A stretch of 64,000 nucleotides of DNA from a virus (lineage: Duplodnaviria; Caudoviricetes): the IMG/VR virus record IMGVR_UViG_3300022752_000063, positions 1,939 to 65,938 of that record; one strand, given 5' to 3'. Positions 37,829 to 45,500 of the stretch are shown here, in pieces; the first letter of the stretch is position 1, and each line of letters begins with the position of its first letter. Made by a program: the position numbers and the translations under genes. The notes under the pieces are model-generated. The model was not told where the DNA came from. It saw only the letters and a program-made list of their open reading frames with translations, and made no database searches.

Positions 37829-39529
37829 ATGGCACAGGCTTATCAACTTCCGGGAGAATTCAGGGGTATCGACATGAGCGCGGCGGCGGCGGTAGCTGGC
37901 AACCAGACCGCCCGTGATCAGGAATCGATGAATAATTTCATCCGTCAATGGGATGCCACGACCAACATATTAAACGCCAACCGAATGCAGTCCCTGCGTG
38001 AACGCCAGTTCGCACAGGAGATGATCAATGCCGACCGTAATTTCCAACTCGCCAAAGACCAGCAGGAATACAACTTCCAAGCCGGACAGCGTGACTTTGA
38101 TTTAAAGAAAGAGTATCAGCAAGCTCAACTACGTAACTTTGATCTAAATGCCCAACAAGCTCAATGGGCTTTGCAAATTCAGAAAGAAACCTACAACAAC
38201 TCCCAAGAGGCTTTGCAGTTGGCCCCTTCATGGAAGGAAGAACTGGACCGCAGACTTGGACCCCAAGGTGCTTATGGGCCTAACGCTGAAAACGTCATGG
38301 CTGATTTTGTTTTGGAGAAGGGAATCAATCCCGGGTACAAGGCAGTTCTGGACCAGATGTTAATCCAGTATCGCCAAAGGGCTCAGAACTACCAAGAGAA
38401 TGTTTTTAATAAAACAATCGCCCAAGCTAAAACTTTACTTGGTACCGGTGAACTTGGGAATTTAAAGTTTACAGATCCGAATCTTCCAGAAGACGTCGGT
38501 CCTGTTTCTGGGAACTTTATTTTAGGCCAGCTAAAACAGGCCATGGCCCAAGGAAACATAGACGATATGCTGATGTATCAAGGAATGTTGCGGTCTGGAT
38601 TTGCGGACCTCGAGAAAGATAAGGCTCGTCGCCTACAGGAAGAGGCTACTATCAGGGCATCCAAGCTTGGCATACCGGTTGAGCAGGTTGATGTGAAGGG
38701 TGGTGAGATGAGCGTTCGATTCGAGACGCCTAAACTTGGGAGGGGTACCGGAACCGGTGCTGGTGGAACGGGTGGTACGGCACAAGAACGTGCGTACACC
38801 GAAACCAATATCACCGCAGTTAAGAACGCTGAAATTAACATGGATGCCGCCAAGCAAGCGTTTACCGCAGCTGATGAGGCGTTGAAAGATATTGATAAAA
38901 ATACCGCTGAATATCAACTCAAGGCTCAAGACAGGGATGAAGCCTACAATAAGTACCAGAATTGGAAAGCAATTTACGAGGATTCCGCAAGGAGGATGAG
39001 CCAACAACCCGATATCACCACGGGAAATAAACCTCAACCTAGTGCCACAACTCCTGCTCCTGCTAAAGAACAGACTGTTCCTTCGGGTGCCCCCAGCATC
39101 AAGGACATTCTCTCTGGTTCTGAGCAGGAGAAGGCAAAAGCTTCCCAGATTTCCCCTGTGACAACTCCCGATATAGCCAAAGAACTACTGAGCCCAACAG
39201 CACAAAGGCTGGAACGTGGGCTACAGGCAGCCGAAACGGTTGGTGGCATGGGTCTCGCAGTTGGAAAGGGATTAGCCAAAACTTTGGCCCCTCTACCAGC
39301 TCCTGTCCGGGCTGCTCAATTCGTATCTGAGGTGGCTCCTATGGTTGAAAGTGTGTCCAAGGATGTGAAACAACTAGCCGAAGTCCGTAGGCTTCGAGCC
39401 AAGGCTCAACTTGCGGCAAATGCTCGGGCAGCCAAGGGGGAAAACCCGACAAAAGCGTATCAAGAAGAGCTTGAAAAGGTTGTTGCAGACTACCGAGCCA
39501 AGAACCAACCCACTATTTCCGTAAGATAA
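37829..39529 (+). CDS. Internal virion/ejection protein
   Basis: Q/A-rich helical protein preceding the giant gene. Confidence 0.7.
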   Translation: MAQAYQLPGEFRGIDMSAAAAVAGNQTARDQESMNNFIRQWDATTNILNANRMQSLRERQFAQEMINADRNFQLAKDQQEYNFQAGQRDFDLKKEYQQAQLRNFDLNAQQAQWALQIQKETYNNSQEALQLAPSWKEELDRRLGPQGAYGPNAENVMADFVLEKGINPGYKAVLDQMLIQYRQRAQNYQENVFNKTIAQAKTLLGTGELGNLKFTDPNLPEDVGPVSGNFILGQLKQAMAQGNIDDMLMYQGMLRSGFADLEKDKARRLQEEATIRASKLGIPVEQVDVKGGEMSVRFETPKLGRGTGTGAGGTGGTAQERAYTETNITAVKNAEINMDAAKQAFTAADEALKDIDKNTAEYQLKAQDRDEAYNKYQNWKAIYEDSARRMSQQPDITTGNKPQPSATTPAPAKEQTVPSGAPSIKDILSGSEQEKAKASQISPVTTPDIAKELLSPTAQRLERGLQAAETVGGMGLAVGKGLAKTLAPLPAPVRAAQFVSEVAPMVESVSKDVKQLAEVRRLRAKAQLAANARAAKGENPTKAYQEELEKVVADYRAKNQPTISVR

Positions 39530-39567
39530 GATTGCCCTAATGGGCAATTTTTGGTATCTAGATTCTT

Positions 39568-42500
39568 ATGGCCGAGATACCCGAAGATATCCTGCAAAAT
39601 CCATTTGGAACGCAGGATCAGGGTACGGTTGACCTACAACAAGCCGACTTATTCAAGCAAGCGGCGGAGTATACCCCAGAACCAGTCGTTGAGGAAGCCC
39701 CTCAAGAACAAGGGTTTAAGACATGGAATGACTACAAGGCAGACCCTGACTTTGAGAAGCTGGATCAAGGTCAAAAACAGCAGTTGTTTGACCAATGGAA
39801 ACAATACTCCTTACAGCATCTCACCGAAATTGGTGCACTTAACACCGAGGATGATGCTAAAACGGCTGACGAATTCTTCTCCTCTATCGCCGATCAGGAA
39901 AAGCTAAAGAAATTTAGGACACAAGCCCCCACCTACGCAGAACAACTAATTGAACAGGGTCAGTCTGGGTTAAACTCCTTGCAGTCAGGAGTTGTTGGGT
40001 ACGGTGCCGCAATTGGTGCGGCTGATCCGGCAAAAGCCGCTGAACTTATCGCAACGAATAACTTAAAAACGCAGAGCCGATATGTAAGCCCTGAGATGAG
40101 GGAATACGGTTCTAAGAATCAAGGATTCTTTGAAGCCGCAAAAGATATTGTTACCAACCCTATCGACATTATGTTGCCAATGTTTGCCCAAAGCATTGGA
40201 TCAAATCTTCCCGCCATGGGTGCTTCGTTGGCTGCCGGCGGTGCGGCAACGGCTATCGGGACTCCAGCCGCAGGTGTGGCCGTTGGCTTGGGCACAAGTG
40301 CCGTATTGGGTGGCGTGACTGATACATTGGTCAGCTTTGACCAGTTGGTAAACGACGAGGTTCAGAAACGTGGATTAGATCCCTTGGACCCTAAGGCAAT
40401 TCAATCGGTCTTGGAAGACTCAGACTTTCAAAAGCAAGCCGTTGCCTACACGACGGCACGTGGGGTTGTCATTACCGGTACTGAATTGGGGGCTTTGGGC
40501 TTGGGTAAACTGATTGCCGCTCCCGCTGAAACAATCGCAAAGGCTGGGGTTGGAGGGTTAGCAAAAGAATTTGCGAAACAAGCCCCTGTTCAAGTCGTTA
40601 TGGAGGGAGTCGGAGAAACTGGAGCTCAAGTGGCTGGGAAAGTGGCAACAGGTGAAAAAATAAATGTAGATGCCAAACAAGTCGCTGAAGAAATTTTTGC
40701 TGGATTGCCAATGGCTGGTCTGGAAGGTGTGGGGGTCGCATATCATAGCCTGTTGGTAAACGATTCCCCCATGACAGCGGACGAAGTTCTCAGACAAAAG
40801 GTTGACGACTATAAGGCTGGGAAGTATTCTAAAATCCTCGGGCAAGAAGCTACGAACGATAATATTGAGAAGTTTTATAATGGGCTTACGATTGGGGAGA
40901 AGGCAAAAATTTTGGGCATTGAGGGAGAGAATGCAGTTCTAACAGGGGAACAGAATTTATTTAACACCCTGACACCAGAGGAAAAGACTAGAGCGACAGA
41001 AGCTTTTAAGGCTGGTCAATTAGAATTACTAAACCAACAGGCTCAAACTCCGATAAGTAAAGCAGAAGTTGCAACTGCTCCAGGTGCCGTTCCTCCGGTA
41101 CTCGAGCCACCAGTATTAAAAACCCAAGCTCCCGAATCTCCCGCTCCTGCTCCTACTCCAGCCCCAGCCCCGGCGGTTGCTGAAACACCTGCCCCACAAA
41201 CTCAAGCACCGGCTCCCGTTGCTGAAGCTCCTGCTCCTACCCTCGCACCGGAAACTCCTATTTCAACACCAGCAGAACCGTTGCCCGTAACTCCTGAGGC
41301 CAAAGCTACACTAGCGAAAACAGCACCAGCAACCGCCCAAGTCGTGAAAGCGGAAGAGGCTAAAGCTCCTGTCATTCCTACTCCACCTCCAATAACGCCG
41401 GCAACACAGCCTTTTGTAAGAGCCAAACCAATACGCACCCTTCAAGACGACATTGAGTATTACCAGCAACGTCTTGACGATCTATCATTGTTGGATAAAG
41501 CGGTTACGGTTGGCGATAGGGTTTTTGTTCCTGTTGGGGGGAAAAGAAAAATTGGTTTGGGGGAAACCTACGAATCCCAAAATGATGCTCAAAATGCTTT
41601 GTCTAAAATTCAAGGTAAGCCGGGATTTGAGAATGCTCAGATTAAACCCCTTCGGAATAACCTGTTTGAAGTTATTTGGGGAGATCAATCAATCTTGGAT
41701 AGCTGGAACAAAATGTCTGAGGAACAGTCAAAATTATCAAGGGAAAAAAAGAACAAATTGCTTCCTGACAGATGGAGATTTTTAGGTGATGCCCTTGGGT
41801 ATAAACAATCAAAAATTGATGAATTTGTAGCTCAAGGACTCCCACCTCAACCCACCAAAAAAACACAAATTAAATCTACTACGGCAGTAAAGAAACTACC
41901 TCCGACAAAGAAGCAAGCCCAAGCTCTTGCGAAGTTAGGGTATTTACCAGCGGACATTGAGGGGCTAGATAGAACTCAGGCAAAGGACATTCTCGCCAAT
42001 CAAATTGAAAAACAAAAAACCCAAGGTCTCGAAGCTCAAGCACCTGCCCCCGGACAGCCCGGAGTTGCACAAGCACAGCCAGCGGTTAGAGAAGCTGGTC
42101 AACCTGTGGCACCTACAGAGGGCGAACCAACCACCCAAGTCCCCGTCCAAGAGAGATTAGATAAAGCCAAAGCAGAACTAGAAGCCTTGGTCAAAAAGAT
42201 CGGGGCGGAACTTGGAGAGTTGGAATTGGATGCGGAATCGGTCTCGAGGTATTTTGGGGGCACACTCTCGCCCCAAAACGAACTTCAACTACGTGCTCTC
42301 CTTAACATCCTCAACCATGCACTTGCCAATGCCCAGCAAACATTGAAGGTGGCGGAGGGCAGGGGGAGGACAGACCTAAAGAAGACGTTCACTAATCTCA
42401 AGAAAGTTAAACTACGTAGGGAAGGTTACGGTGGTGGTGTGTACGCTAACCCCCGTGACGTGTTTAATTTGGATACTCTTTACGTTGACCCAGATCAACT

Positions 42501-45500
42501 GCTCAGAAGCTTTGCGAGCAGGGGAGTGTCCGATCCAGCCAGTTTCTTTGTTAAGGCTTTGTCCGAAGAAGTTCTCCACGCCAACCACGGGTTGGCCATG
42601 TATCAAGCTTTTCTTAAAACAAACCCAGCAGAAAAAACCCAAGAGGCTTTCCAAGCGTTTTACGACGCTCAGAACAAAGAGATTGAGAACAGCTTGTCCT
42701 TGGATCAGATTAAAGAGATCGTTGGCAAATACGCCCAAGCATTGGGCGTGACGTTCGAAGGCAAGACCAAAGAGCAGGTGATAGCGGAGTTTAACAAAGG
42801 CCGACCTGGTAGACTAGCTGAAGAATATCTCCGTGGTCTTATCCAGCAACGTCTAACTGGGAGCATTACGGAAGATACTCTCAAGGCGTTTGCCACTCGC
42901 CCGATCCTTCGTTCGTTAGGGACTTTGAGAAACTACTTCTCAAAACTGATTGGATTGGGGACTAAACGGGAAAGCCGTAAAACATATGTCGATAAATACT
43001 ACGACGCTATTGTCAGTCTGCTGACCAACAGCTCTCCTGCTGAAATACGTGCGGCCAGTGGGGAAAAGGGGACAGCAATACCGGGGAGCGAGTTGGCGTC
43101 CAGTATTGATCCGAATGCAATCCTTCAAGCTCAAGAGACTTCGGCTAACAAGAAAGCTTTGTATGATGAAGTTGCAAAAGAACTTGGCCCTAGAGATCCG
43201 GCGACGGGAGAAGGTGGATTGTGGAGGAGATCCGTTATCGGGGCTTTGAAGAAAGCTTTCCGCACAACCGACCCAGATGAGGTTGAGTCTCTTGTGTACG
43301 CTTCCATACCAGAAGCGGTGGAAACATTCAACGAAGAGTCTGGCACCAAGTTTTCCACATATCTGTTCCAAATTGCCAGACAGAAAATTTTAGAGGAAAA
43401 GGAAAAGATGGCACGGCGTCAAGCTGTAGAAGTCAGTCTACAAGCCCCAGGATTTGTCCCGACGTCTTCTGAAGAAGTACAAGCTGAGAAAGAGGCTGAA
43501 GCTATTCAGAGCACAAAAGAAGATTTAACCTTGGGACAACTTGAAGATCGAGTATCACCAGAAGTTGCGCCCAAGAATTTGGAAGAAGAGTTGAAGACAG
43601 TTGAGCAAAAGATTGACACGGGAATCGAGAAAGAAACCGCCCAAGAAATGGGGACTCTACCTACAAATATTGCGGATGAAGAACAAGAGATCGAGGAAGT
43701 TAACTTGGCTGACGGAGAACAGATTTCTTCCGTTGACGCCGAGATTGCAAATAAACGTACGGCTAGGATGGAGGCGGAACTTGGTGAAGCTGGAAAACTG
43801 TTGGCTAACGCGGCAAGGAAGCTTGGCCTTACCAAGATGGAAGTGGATATCCTTAACTTCACAGCCGACCCTAAATCCTCGCCTTTGACCCGAGCCCAGT
43901 TGAGCGACAAGTATGGGCTGAACAATATTGATTTTGATGAAATCCGTGACGATGTGATCCGCAAGATGCGGGAACAATTGGTGGCGGGCGGTGTGACTAA
44001 GACGGCTGACGTGTTGGCATCTTCTATAGATCCGAACGCCATATCAATCCCACAGGACGATGTCTTTGTTAAGAAGTATCAAACCTTGGCGAAACAACTG
44101 GATGAAAAGGGAATGAGCATTTTGGCTCCGGAAACCAATGGGTTTAACCGAGTATTCAAACAAGAAAAAGCAACTGACGCGATTAAGATTTTGGAGAGGG
44201 GCGGATTAAATGTGGAGAGGGCTTTAAATAGAATTGTAGATAACTATTTTGATGAAAACGGAAATAAACAATTTGCTTCTATTGACGAGGCAAGACCGAA
44301 AGAAAATGAACTATTCGGGGATTGGCTAAAGCGTTTGGATATTCAAGACTACGAATCTACTTTTGAGCCACGAGTCTACGATGATGAGTTTAATTTAATC
44401 GGAAAGAAACCGAATTTATTTGGATCTCTCGGTTTGAAGTATGATGTTAACTCACCGAGAGTAATAGAAATAATCCCGCCAGTAGCTACTAAAACAAATA
44501 TTCCTTTGGCATCCTCGATCGACCCGAACTACACCCAATCTTTAAACCGAGCCCTTCGAACCATGCCGGAAGATGTGGTCAAGGCATTGTCTGAACGCAC
44601 ATACATTCCTTTTGAAGACGAGGACTTGGTTGCCAAAGCCAACAAGTTTGTGGATGACAACTCACCTGGTGGGGATGTCATGCATGCCAAACGGATCTTG
44701 GATGGCGTCCAGAATATGCCGTTCCAAGACCGAGTCGTTACGCTGGGGGTTATCGGAAAGAGACTACGCAACGCTTTGTTCGCCCATGTTGCCCGCATGG
44801 AAGCCAAGGGAACCACTCCTGAAGGACAGGCTCTACGGCAGTACCTATCCAACAATCTTACCGAGGTCCTATCTCGGGCACAGGATCTTGGGACAAGAGC
44901 AGGACAAGACTTGCGGTCGTTGCGTACGCTGGCCTCGATGTTCCTGCCTTACGAAGTCGCCAAGCTTTATACCGGACCAATTTCTGAACAACAGAAATCA
45001 GCCTTGGCCCACAAGGAAGAAGTGACAAACCTATTGGCAGAGATTGAGAAGTTAAAGGCTACGATTGCTGGGTTGGCAATTGATGAAGCCGTAGGAAAAG
45101 TTTTACCTCCTTTAAAACCAGGTGGGGTTTCTTATGCCCCTCCAGCGGATAGTAATTTCTTTAAACTCTTGTCCGCATTTGGAGATTTGGCTCCCCTTGA
45201 GAACGAGACTTTTGAAGCGTACCTGCAACGCATTGGTATCCCGTACGACGAATTAATGTTGGCCTTGGAAGACTCCAGAGCCGCTGCTGTAGGACCAGAA
45301 GGTGTTGCCCCGGTCGACTTCAAGAAGCTATCCGCTTCCGAAGCCATCGAGAAGCTGTTGGCCAAGGACAAGAATCTATTCAGCAAGCTTGTGGCTCTCC
45401 GTCTCAAGACTAATAGGGGTTCCGAGACGGCTGTCGTCCAAGAGAACTTTACGAAACGTAAAGCTGATGCTCCCGCCCTCAAGCAACGTAACCAAGCCTT

